NCBI GenBank assembly: GCA_043811375.1
Contig: JBDRNJ010000004.1
Span: 64,001 to 128,000, forward strand
Length of the DNA: 64,000 bases
Origin: a bacterium
GTDB taxonomy: Bacteria; Zixibacteria; MSB-5A5; GN15; FEB-12
Reading direction: 5' to 3'
Below, piece after piece: positions 1 through 8,265 of this stretch. The position numbers and the translations under genes were made by a program. Under the pieces are notes generated by a model. That model made no database searches. It saw only the letters and a list, made by a program, of their open reading frames with translations, and had not been told where the DNA came from. Every line of letters starts with the position of its first letter. Within the stretch, counting starts at the first letter, position 1.

Positions 1-131
1 GTATCCGGTTGCTTCAGCAGCGTGAATTTCTCATAGTAAACATCGCTGTGGCGCCCGGAACTGAGTTTGAAATGGCCATCCAGCAGGGCGCCGGAATCCT
101 TAAACATCCTGATTAGTTCGCCCTGGTTCAT
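1..131 (-). CDS. pyrE: Orotate phosphoribosyltransferase, 5' part (runs off window)
   Basis: Manual translation MNQGELIRMFKDSGALLDGHFKLSSGRHSDVYYEK; GHFKLSSGRHS is the PyrE N-terminal motif; ATG overlaps the acpS TGA (ATGA). Confidence 0.9.
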   Translation of the reverse strand, partial: MNQGELIRMFKDSGALLDGHFKLSSGRHSDVYYEKFTLLKQPD

Positions 132-502
132 TCTCCCTCCGTAAAAATGGCAACCGCCACGGCATAGTTTTTTTCATGAGACAACGACAGGAGACAGGTC
201 ACCGGTCCAAGCTGCTGTTGAATACTCAACGGCAGACAAAGCTCAGGGACGCCGGTGGAACCTCCGACAATCTCAATGGCCCGAAACGGTGGACGGGTCT
301 CAAGAAACGGAGCCAGTCCCTTGATTACCGCTTCCTTGGCAGCCAGTCGCCCGGCCAGAAACGCCTCCTTATCCCGGCGCCGGTCGAACAGGGATTGCTC
401 CTGCGCTCCGAGGAGGCGGTGGACAAAGCGATCACCGAAACGGGTAATATCCCGTTCGATTCTCGAAATATCGACGATATCCAGTCCAACCGAACGAATC
501 AA
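128..502 (-). CDS. acpS: Holo-[acyl-carrier-protein] synthase
   Basis: GLDIVDISRI, AGRLAAKEAVIK and SLSHEKNYAVA motifs; TTG start at 502 after GGGGAG. Confidence 0.93.
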   Translation of the reverse strand: MIRSVGLDIVDISRIERDITRFGDRFVHRLLGAQEQSLFDRRRDKEAFLAGRLAAKEAVIKGLAPFLETRPPFRAIEIVGGSTGVPELCLPLSIQQQLGPVTCLLSLSHEKNYAVAVAIFTEGE

Positions 503-626
503 AGGTGTCTCCCCTTCGTAAGAATGTATACGGGCATATGATAACAAACGCTGCCTGATGCAGCAACAGAATGTAAATAATTGTTGCGTAATTATTGATT
601 TGGTATATCTTTATAACAAGAAATAC

Positions 627-806
627 GGAGAGAGGTGGTCATTTGAAATTCTCTTACACCTGACTAATGAAGGTTGTCTCTTCACCGTTGAGTAAACGCC
701 GTGATCCGTCATGGAGATGGTAGCGAATACGAAATGCGGGAGGTGGCTGTAAAAACCCTTTACCGTACTTAAGAGGTGAGCTCTTTCAAATTACACGTCT
801 CTCTCC
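627..806 (+). ncRNA. ssrS: Candidate 6S RNA (SsrS-like)
   Basis: 180 nt; ends pair (GGAGAGAG/CTCTCTCC, ATTTGAAA/TTTCAAAT, CTCTTA/TAAGAG), followed by an unpaired central bubble and AAGGTT/AACCCTT; AT-rich promoter-like region upstream; + strand terminator downstream with no + strand CDS to explain it. Confidence 0.65.
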
Positions 807-818
807 TAAAATGACCAG

Positions 819-849
819 GAGCCTGTCCATCGGGACAGGCTCTTTTTTT
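819..849 (+). terminator. Intrinsic terminator
   Basis: GAGCCTGTCC-atcg-GGACAGGCTC 10-bp perfect stem followed by a T run. Confidence 0.9.
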
Positions 850-875
850 CAGCCTTGAAATGCCCTCGGAATCGA

Positions 876-1556
876 TCAGGAACCGGCATTCTCTGGTAAA
901 TCAGACCTCTGCCCCGTTCTGGAATCGAAGAACGGATCCGGTTCAATCAGCAGGTGCTTGAGTATCTTTTCGTAATCGGTACTCTCCCCGGTCGGAGCAA
1001 AAGAAACGAAACAGCAATCTTTGCCTGTCGAGACAAAATATAGTCGGCCGGTTTCTATTTCGCAGACTCCCTCCTGCCGGGTATCTGTCTGCCCGGGTGT
1101 AATGGGAAATATGTCGACAATATCCGACAGGTTGGCGTAGACGGTACCAAACTCCCGTTTGAACTGCTCGGTGGTGTTGGTGCCGGCAAAGATACCCTCG
1201 ACAGTCAGGCGATAAACATGCTTGAATCCCGGGATCGATGCCAGCTTGTCATAGACTGACTGATCCTGATGTTGACGATCCGGCACCGTCTCGGCAGTGG
1301 ACACAGCCTGTATCAGGTTCAGGGTTTCCTGATGCTGCCGGGCAATTGCGGCCTCCACCTCCTGCTGGGCCGTCAACGAAGTCACCACCTGCTTGAGCTT
1401 ACGATCAATCTTGTGAACCACCTGGCCGTTATTGAGGACTGTAGTCGTCAGACGTGGATATGGTCGTGACGCATATTCGGTTTGCACCTGCATAGCGACA
1501 GTCCCCTTCTTGACCAGGGAGGTCCGACCAACTGGTATGAACGTATCGTCTGTCAT
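876..1556 (-). CDS. Hypothetical protein
   Basis: 226-aa ORF with normal composition; N-terminal QVQTE...P.LTTTV...G.VVHK resembles an uncharacterised bacterial family; no function assignable. Confidence 0.7.
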   Translation of the reverse strand: MTDDTFIPVGRTSLVKKGTVAMQVQTEYASRPYPRLTTTVLNNGQVVHKIDRKLKQVVTSLTAQQEVEAAIARQHQETLNLIQAVSTAETVPDRQHQDQSVYDKLASIPGFKHVYRLTVEGIFAGTNTTEQFKREFGTVYANLSDIVDIFPITPGQTDTRQEGVCEIETGRLYFVSTGKDCCFVSFAPTGESTDYEKILKHLLIEPDPFFDSRTGQRSDLPENAGS

Positions 1557-1703
1557 ATTTCTACATCATCTGTTCTGCCGGTCGCCGTAGTCTCGCCGGA
1601 TCAACAGATTGCGTGACGGCAGCGATCGGAATGAAGATAACCGATAGGCTCCGGATATCCTCATCGGGCATAAATTGTCTTCATTACCAATATATCGGAC
1701 AGA

Positions 1704-3947
1704 TCAGCAGTTTGAATAACCACAGGCAGGGCAGGTGAAACAGCCACTATCAAAGATCATAGCTCCGGAACATTCAGGACAGATTTCACCGGCATTCACT
1801 GCCGGGGATTCTTCTTCCCCGGGTAACCCGAAATGTCGGTGCAGCACCTGGACTATGGCGTCAGGAATTGAAAACACCCTGGCCCCGCCGGAAAACACCT
1901 GGCTGGAGCCGCCAATCCCGCGCAACTGGCGAATAATATCGGTGACCGGCACTCCCGCCCGCAAGGCCAGTGATATTAATCGGCAGATAGCCTCGGTATC
2001 GGCCATAGTGGTATAACCGGACTTACCGATCTGGGCAAACACCTCAAACGGTTGCCCGCCCTGGGAATTGACGGTGACATACAGGTTTCCATACCCGGTA
2101 CGGACTTTCTCGGTAAAGCCGTTTAGCCGATCGGGCCGTCGCTTGATGTGAGTCGCCCGGTCTCCGGCAGTTGAGCGATACCCCGCCGAAAGAACCTGAG
2201 TCGGCCGTGAGTTGTCTCGGTAGACAGTAACTCCTTTGCAGCCCAGCCGGTAAGCTAACTCAAACGCCCGGCTGATCTCCTTCCGGTCAGCCGATTCCGG
2301 GAAGTTTACCGTTTTGGAAACGGAAGCATCGCAGTGTTTTTGAAAAGCCGCCTGCATACGGATATGATCTTCCGGAGAAATATCGACGGCCGTACGAAAC
2401 AGCTCCCTAACCGACTCGGGGATTCCCTCTATTTCGCGAAGTGATCGCTTACCGGCCAACTGCTCTGTCAGCTTCTCACTGAAAAATCCTTCACGCCGGG
2501 CAATCTGTTCAAACAATGGGTTCAACTCAACCAGCCTGGTGCCATCAAGCACGTTACGCTCAAACATGACGGCAAAATACGGTTCAATACCACAACTGCA
2601 GCCGGCAATGATCGATATCGACCCGGTGGGTGCAATAGTCGTCAGGGCAGCGTTATGCATAACGATATTTTGTTGCCGGTAGACGGAGCCTTCCCAATTG
2701 GGGAATCTTCCGCGACTTTTTGCCAATTCCGAGGAATGCTTGTGGGCTTCATTCTCGATAAAAGCCATAACCCTGTCAGCCAGCCCCAGTGCCTCCTCGC
2801 AGTTATAGGGCAGACCCAGCTTCACCAGCATATCCGCCCAGCCCATGACACCCAGACCGATACGACGATTTCTCCTGGTCTGAGTCTCGATGGCTTTGAT
2901 GGGATAGTGGTTACAGTCGATGACATTGTCCAGGAAATGTACCGCCCGGCGCACCACTGTCCCCAGGCGTTCCCAGTCAACACCACGCTCGGCGTCGGTG
3001 ATAATGTAGTCCGCCGGTAAAGGGTCGAGAACCATCTTACACAGGTTGATCGAGCCGAGATTGCATGAGTCATAGGCCGGCAGCGGCTGCTCGCCGCAGG
3101 GATTGGTAGACTCGATATTCTCCGACGGGCTGGTTGGATTAAGCCGATTCATACGGTCGATGAAAACCACTCCCGGTTCACCACTGCGCCAGGCATGTTC
3201 AACAATGGCGTCAAACACTTCCCCGGCGTCAAGACAGACATCCCGCCCATCCACCTGATGTGTGCGACCGGTATGCGGGTTATGCAGCGGATAGGAAGCA
3301 CCTTTCTCGACAGCCGTCATAAAGTTGTCGGTCACGGCCACCGAAATGTTGAAGTTCGTGATCTCACCGGGTTCGTCCTTGCAGGCGATGAACTCCATGA
3401 TGTCAGGGTGATCCACTCTCAGCACGGCCATGTTGGCTCCCCGCCGGGTACCGCCCTGCCTGACCGCTTCGGTAGCGGCATTAAAAACCTTCATAAATGA
3501 GATCGGTCCCGAGGCGATGCCCTGAGTGGAGGCCACTATGGAATTGCGCGGTCGCAATCTGGAAAAAGAAAATCCTGTCCCGCCCCCGGACTTGTGAATC
3601 AACGCGGCATATTTGTTGGCCTGGAAGATTTCCTCCATGGAATCGCCCACCGGAAGAACAAAACAGGCCGACAACTGCCCCAGGGGACGTCCGGCATTCA
3701 TCAGGGTCGGTGAGTTGGGGAGAAACTCCAGACCGGCCATGATGTCAAAGAATCGCTCACCGGTAGCCGTCACTTCCTCATCGCCGGCGCCATAGTTGCG
3801 ATCGGCCTCGGCGACGAAGTGAGCCACCCGCAGAAACATCTGGTCAGGGTTTTCGACAACGTGTCCCGCCTCATCCCTGGCCAGGTAGCGCCGCCGCAAT
3901 ACCACCAGCGCGTTGTCGGAGATTTTGACTTCCTTGCGAATACTCAT
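1704..3947 (-). CDS. nrdJ: Vitamin B12-dependent (class II) ribonucleotide reductase with C-terminal TSCPD and Zn-ribbon domains
   Basis: PNSPTLMNAG, LSACFV, QGGTRRGANM, catalytic NPCGEQPL, TIAPTG, KGVTVYRD; C-terminal CPEC..CPAC..C; start MSIRKEV chosen. Confidence 0.93.
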   Translation of the reverse strand: MSIRKEVKISDNALVVLRRRYLARDEAGHVVENPDQMFLRVAHFVAEADRNYGAGDEEVTATGERFFDIMAGLEFLPNSPTLMNAGRPLGQLSACFVLPVGDSMEEIFQANKYAALIHKSGGGTGFSFSRLRPRNSIVASTQGIASGPISFMKVFNAATEAVRQGGTRRGANMAVLRVDHPDIMEFIACKDEPGEITNFNISVAVTDNFMTAVEKGASYPLHNPHTGRTHQVDGRDVCLDAGEVFDAIVEHAWRSGEPGVVFIDRMNRLNPTSPSENIESTNPCGEQPLPAYDSCNLGSINLCKMVLDPLPADYIITDAERGVDWERLGTVVRRAVHFLDNVIDCNHYPIKAIETQTRRNRRIGLGVMGWADMLVKLGLPYNCEEALGLADRVMAFIENEAHKHSSELAKSRGRFPNWEGSVYRQQNIVMHNAALTTIAPTGSISIIAGCSCGIEPYFAVMFERNVLDGTRLVELNPLFEQIARREGFFSEKLTEQLAGKRSLREIEGIPESVRELFRTAVDISPEDHIRMQAAFQKHCDASVSKTVNFPESADRKEISRAFELAYRLGCKGVTVYRDNSRPTQVLSAGYRSTAGDRATHIKRRPDRLNGFTEKVRTGYGNLYVTVNSQGGQPFEVFAQIGKSGYTTMADTEAICRLISLALRAGVPVTDIIRQLRGIGGSSQVFSGGARVFSIPDAIVQVLHRHFGLPGEEESPAVNAGEICPECSGAMIFDSGCFTCPACGYSNC

Positions 3948-4049
3948 CGGATACACTTCTTCGGTACCGAGCCGCCGGAGCGGCCCCAATAACCTCTCTT
4001 ATTATTATAACGTCATATTCACCAAAAGCGATCACATATTCATGATGGC

Positions 4050-4197
4050 AAAATCCGGTAGGTCGAAGACCCTACCTGCCCTGGGCTTGACGAAGGGTGG
4101 TTTCGAGTGGCAAGCCACCTTTAATCGTGTAACGGCAGGGCTTGTCTCTGCCGGGGGCAGGTCGGGTGGGGTACAAGCTGCTTTCAAGCCCCGTTGC
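4050..4197. repeat. REP-like palindrome cluster 1
   Basis: 4091-4163 matches 36143-36215 at 63/73 nt; contains GTA(A/G)CGGCAGGGcttgTCTCTGCCG hairpin. Confidence 0.8.
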
Positions 4198-5841
4198 TCA
4201 TTTGAGTAGCAGCATCTTCTTGCTGGTGGTGAAGTTGTCGGCTTTGAGTCTATAGAGGTATACTCCGCTTGAGACCGGGTGGCCGTGCTCGTCAGTACCA
4301 TTCCAGGTGGCGGTGTGAGTTCCTGCCTGTCTTGGCTCATTCACAAGCGTTCTGACTGTCTGTCCCAGCAGGTTGTGGACCACCAGTTTGACATGCGAGC
4401 GGATCGGCAGGCTATACTCGATCTGAGTAACCGGGTTGAACGGGTTGGGATAGTTCTGGTGCAACTCGAAATCCTGCGGAAGTTCGGAGTCGGCATCATC
4501 GTTTGCCGCCAGATAGAAGTTTTTGAACGCGTATAGTTTGCCCTCATGAGTGGAAACGTAGAGCTGGCCGTTGCCGACAGTGACAAAACCTGATATGGGG
4601 TAACTCCAGTCCGATTTCTGTGTAGCCATATTTACAGCATAGACTCTCTCAGAAGAACTGATATAGAAGTGCTCATTTGACACTACCGGAGGATAGTCTA
4701 CTGTGAACCGGCAATTCCCATCAAACCGCCACAACTCTTCACCGGTCAGGGCGTCCAGCACCTGTACACAAAACGGTCTGTAGCGGGCTAGCAGCTTGCC
4801 GTCATAGAGAGCCGGTGTTACGCGGTAGTAGCTGTTTCGGCGAGACCAGATCATTTCGCGCGTTTTTATATCAACCGCGTATATGGCGGCGTCCTGAGTG
4901 AGGTACAGTATTCCAGTAGTTGTGTCCAGAACAGGGGCATTGCCCTGGTCGCCAAAATGCTTACCGCCGGTGACTGTATCATCCTCCGGGCGGTATGACC
5001 AAAGCATCTCGCCCGTCGACACATCACGAAAGAACAAATACCCACCGAAGTACATGTATACAACATCCTGGTAAACGGCAGGTGTCCATTCGTATTTCAT
5101 GGCACCTCCGCATTTCCACAGAAACTCACCCGTAATCCCGTCAAATGTATGTGCGCCGCCATAGTAATTGCCGCAGATAAAGGCTCTCCCTTGGTATACC
5201 GTCGGTGCCAATGCCTCAATACCCTGAACACGGTATTCGGAAGCCCAAACCGCCTCACCCGTCTCGAGATCCAGCGCCCAAAGCAGGTCTGGAGAGGGAT
5301 CACCGACCAGCTGAACATACACCAAGCTGTTGGCATAGCTGCACGGTGACATCCCTGAAACCTCAGGGAAAAAACCATACCAAAGAACGCTCCCGCTTGC
5401 AGATTCGAGACACCATATTTCGGCCTGAATGCCGTAATAGCCGACTTTCCATGCTGCCGCCATAACTCGTCCTCCCACAATGGTGACCTGATACAGTGGT
5501 CCGTCGCACAACTGTTGTGACCAGCTGTAGATCAGCGGCGGCGCTAGCCAGTCTTTCTCATTATAACCGATATGCTGAGCATTGCATTGAAACATCGGCC
5601 AGTCAGCCAAGCCCTCGCTGGCAGAGACTCTGCTTGCGGTCTGTGGTGAGACCCATCGGATGTACGTCCCCCCATTGAGAACAGTAGTGTCGCAAATCCA
5701 GTCCTGTGATTCGAACACGAAGGATGGGAGCCTTGTGTCCTCTAGTGGGGCAGAAACCCGGATCGAGTCTATCGGCTGGTCATCAGCCCACAAGGCCGGT
5801 GCCAATAGTATCAGCAGAACTGTAATAACTAACTGTCGCAC
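4198..5841 (-). CDS. Secreted PQQ-binding-like beta-propeller protein with C-terminal FlgD-Ig/T9SS-type sorting domain
   Basis: GTG start after GGAGG; signal peptide; WPMFQ and repeated ALDxxTGExxW motifs; C-terminal LHQNYPNPFNP...SGVYLYRL...KKMLLLK. Confidence 0.85.
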   Translation of the reverse strand: MRQLVITVLLILLAPALWADDQPIDSIRVSAPLEDTRLPSFVFESQDWICDTTVLNGGTYIRWVSPQTASRVSASEGLADWPMFQCNAQHIGYNEKDWLAPPLIYSWSQQLCDGPLYQVTIVGGRVMAAAWKVGYYGIQAEIWCLESASGSVLWYGFFPEVSGMSPCSYANSLVYVQLVGDPSPDLLWALDLETGEAVWASEYRVQGIEALAPTVYQGRAFICGNYYGGAHTFDGITGEFLWKCGGAMKYEWTPAVYQDVVYMYFGGYLFFRDVSTGEMLWSYRPEDDTVTGGKHFGDQGNAPVLDTTTGILYLTQDAAIYAVDIKTREMIWSRRNSYYRVTPALYDGKLLARYRPFCVQVLDALTGEELWRFDGNCRFTVDYPPVVSNEHFYISSSERVYAVNMATQKSDWSYPISGFVTVGNGQLYVSTHEGKLYAFKNFYLAANDDADSELPQDFELHQNYPNPFNPVTQIEYSLPIRSHVKLVVHNLLGQTVRTLVNEPRQAGTHTATWNGTDEHGHPVSSGVYLYRLKADNFTTSKKMLLLK

Positions 5842-5923
5842 AAATGGTGCCTCCGACAGTGCCCCGACATCCTCGTAACTGACAATTCCTGGCCAATGAT
5901 GGTGCCAAAGCTCCAATCAGGTA

Positions 5924-5986
5924 GCCAGGGATTGTCGCTCCCCTGTAATATAAGCACTATGCGTAGTTTTCCAAGCGGTATCTTGA
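5924..5986. repeat. Direct repeat copy 1 (promoter/leader duplication)
   Basis: 61/63 identical to 7982-8044; degenerate similarity extends about 22-25 nt each side; minus strand carries TTGGAA-16-TATATT. Confidence 0.92.
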
Positions 5987-6066
5987 CTCGGTACCAGTGT
6001 ACTCAGCCAAGAAGATGTCCACAACACTGCTGTACACCTCACATGTGCACCAAACCTGTCTTGTCT

Positions 6067-6615
6067 TTAGTCAGCGAAAATCCAGTACCTGTCGTGATAT
6101 CGTTTCAGCACGAAGATGAATTCCTGTCGTTGCAATGCAGTACCAGTAATTCTATCATGGAGAACCACAACAAAGCTTACGCCTATGTCTTCATCCTCAC
6201 GGTAGATTCTAACATCGTTTTCGGTCCCGAAGTGTGGACCATGCCACTTACCACCATAGTACGACAATCGATCTGCCCGAGAACCCAGTCCGAAGGCAGG
6301 ACAAGTTGTCCGGGCAGAGTTGTATAACTGTATACAGAAAGAATCGATCGAGATCAGTGGGATGGAGTCCAACATCAGTGTATCCGGGACCGGTTGCTGG
6401 TAGAAAGTGTCAAACCCGACCGTAACCTTATACAGTAGCTTGGGGCCTGTCGCCCGGTCCCAGTTGTAATCTCTCATCTCCAACTCAATCCTGTATCCTC
6501 CGAACTCCACACTTGGGTTTGACTTGTCTGGCAGCCAGTAGTTCCACGTATGGCGCGGTGCAAAACAAGCTAGCAGAGCCAGAGGAAAAACCACAATCGT
6601 CAGAACAGGGATCAC
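6067..6615 (-). CDS. Hypothetical exported/lipoprotein; putative immunity protein for the adjacent RHS toxin
   Basis: Directly downstream of the RHS gene; hydrophobic N-terminus ending LALLAC (lipobox-like); start uncertain (GTG 6615, ORF open to 6690). Confidence 0.55.
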   Translation of the reverse strand: MIPVLTIVVFPLALLACFAPRHTWNYWLPDKSNPSVEFGGYRIELEMRDYNWDRATGPKLLYKVTVGFDTFYQQPVPDTLMLDSIPLISIDSFCIQLYNSARTTCPAFGLGSRADRLSYYGGKWHGPHFGTENDVRIYREDEDIGVSFVVVLHDRITGTALQRQEFIFVLKRYHDRYWIFAD

Positions 6616-6637
6616 AACCTTGGAGCGGATAAGTATG

Positions 6638-7978
6638 TTAGTATGTGTATGGTGAATAATAGCTCCTTCCCATGGCATACAGCGGGTCACGTAATCCCGG
6701 GAAGAGCACCTCCCAGGCGTTGTGGCTCAGACAGTTCAAGGGTCCATAAACAGAGTCGTAGAGGTCATAGTGATACCAACCTGTGAGCTTACCGATTTTC
6801 TCTCCTCCCCAGTGCAGGCCGCCGTAGTATCTGAACTGTTGTCGTCCATGCGTGCGAGCATTAAACCACCGATCCAAAAGAGTCAAAGGTCCATGCCAGA
6901 GTATGTCAGCTGGATTTGTGTGCTTCCACCACTGGCGCTTCAGTGTATGCTCATACATCGCGTGCACAGTTGGCGCACCGGGCTTGGCTCCCTCCAGTTG
7001 TTCCATAATCTCGTCATAGGTCGGACCTCCTTCCATCATCGGTTCTGGGTCACCCCACACAAATCTGTCAACAGGGGCCATAACTTTGGAATAGTCCTCC
7101 GAAAAGGCCATCCAGCCGGTAACGGTATTGATATCCTCCAATGTGTTCCCGCTGAAATCAGCCATGTCCAAGCTACTATTATCAACATTCCACTGTGCAA
7201 ATCCAAGGTTGATAGTGAAATCGCTTTTGCCCATTGTCATCATCTTCCAGCCCCACGAATTTGCATACGACCCGGCCGCCAGACCTGCCACCGCAGAACC
7301 CGTGCCGGCTACTGCACCAAAATATCCGCTGAAACCGCCGATCATGGCGCCGCCAAGCATGCACAGAAAAACATTGTTCCCGGTTTCTTGGGCATACAGG
7401 ATTCCGGCAGCAGCACCCATATAGGCTCCGATGATGATAGGAATCCAGAAGAAGTTCCCATCCGGATCAACGCCGATGATGGGGTTATTCCAGCCGTAAT
7501 TGTAGCCGCTGGGGAATTGGGCGGCTTTGTCGATCGACGTGAAGGTGCCGATCCGGGGATCGAAGTACCGTGCACCAAAGTAGTAGTATTCAAAGGTGGA
7601 GTGGTCATCGTATTCCTTGGCAGTGAATCGCCGGGTACCCTGCTTGTAATGTCCCCACAACGTTCGAAAATCGATAATTTTTTCTGGGTGCTCTGCCAGT
7701 AACTTGGGAATCTTGAACTTCTTCACATCACTATACTCAGAAGCCTTACCCCACAAGCTCCACGCATCACCGTCTTCAGGTAACGATTTCACCTTAATAT
7801 ACGGAACGCCACCCTCATCGACGTAAACGTCTGGATTGTTCGGGTCGTTAACTTGGTCAAGGTCCTGTTCTCCTCGTCCTTTCCCGCTGTTCCAGCCTCG
7901 CTGCACTCTGAATGCGTCATCCATTACTGTTACCCAATTCATGACTGAAGCAAAGGCGGGTGGCAAAGCCCAAATCAT
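6638..7978 (-). CDS. Orphan RHS repeat-associated core protein with unknown C-terminal toxin domain
   Basis: RFTAKEYD...YYYFGARYFDPRIGTFTSID...YNYGWNNPIIGVDPDG is the RHS core with DPDG cleavage site; no YD-repeat shell upstream. Confidence 0.85.
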   Translation of the reverse strand: MIWALPPAFASVMNWVTVMDDAFRVQRGWNSGKGRGEQDLDQVNDPNNPDVYVDEGGVPYIKVKSLPEDGDAWSLWGKASEYSDVKKFKIPKLLAEHPEKIIDFRTLWGHYKQGTRRFTAKEYDDHSTFEYYYFGARYFDPRIGTFTSIDKAAQFPSGYNYGWNNPIIGVDPDGNFFWIPIIIGAYMGAAAGILYAQETGNNVFLCMLGGAMIGGFSGYFGAVAGTGSAVAGLAAGSYANSWGWKMMTMGKSDFTINLGFAQWNVDNSSLDMADFSGNTLEDINTVTGWMAFSEDYSKVMAPVDRFVWGDPEPMMEGGPTYDEIMEQLEGAKPGAPTVHAMYEHTLKRQWWKHTNPADILWHGPLTLLDRWFNARTHGRQQFRYYGGLHWGGEKIGKLTGWYHYDLYDSVYGPLNCLSHNAWEVLFPGLRDPLYAMGRSYYSPYTY

Positions 7979-7981
7979 GCG

Positions 7982-8044
7982 GCCAGGGATTGTCGCTCCC
8001 CTGTAATATAAGCACTATGCTTAGTTTTCCAAGTGGTATCTTGA
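7982..8044. repeat. Direct repeat copy 2 (promoter/leader duplication)
   Basis: 61/63 identical to 5924-5986. Confidence 0.92.
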
Positions 8045-8265
8045 ATCGTCACCCACGCGCTCAGCTAAGATGGCGGGTGGCTCACCGCTTGCGGTGAGTT
8101 TCTATTCCTTCTTATACACTGGTTGAAGAGGAACTGTAAACGCACCTCAAGAGGTGCGCCACCCAGCCTATAGTTGTGGCGATGCCTGTTGTTGTGGTGA
8201 AGCCACCAAGTCCTTTTACTCCTTGCCTTTTGGGTCGCCAATCATCATTATGTAATGAGGTTCCG

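Noticed and set aside
1686..1701. NrdR-box-like ACCAATATATCGG
   Set aside because: It lies downstream of nrdJ as a single imperfect copy; no convincing tandem NrdR boxes upstream of nrdJ
1704..3947. Inteins in nrdJ or dnaB
   Set aside because: Lengths and motif spacing are normal; no intein termini seen
3948..4197. Cobalamin riboswitch upstream of nrdJ
   Set aside because: No B12-box or conserved core seen; the region is explained by REP-like repeats
5873..5950. Integron attC site
   Set aside because: An inverted repeat is present, but there is no matching RYYYAAC/GTTRRRY pair and no integrase
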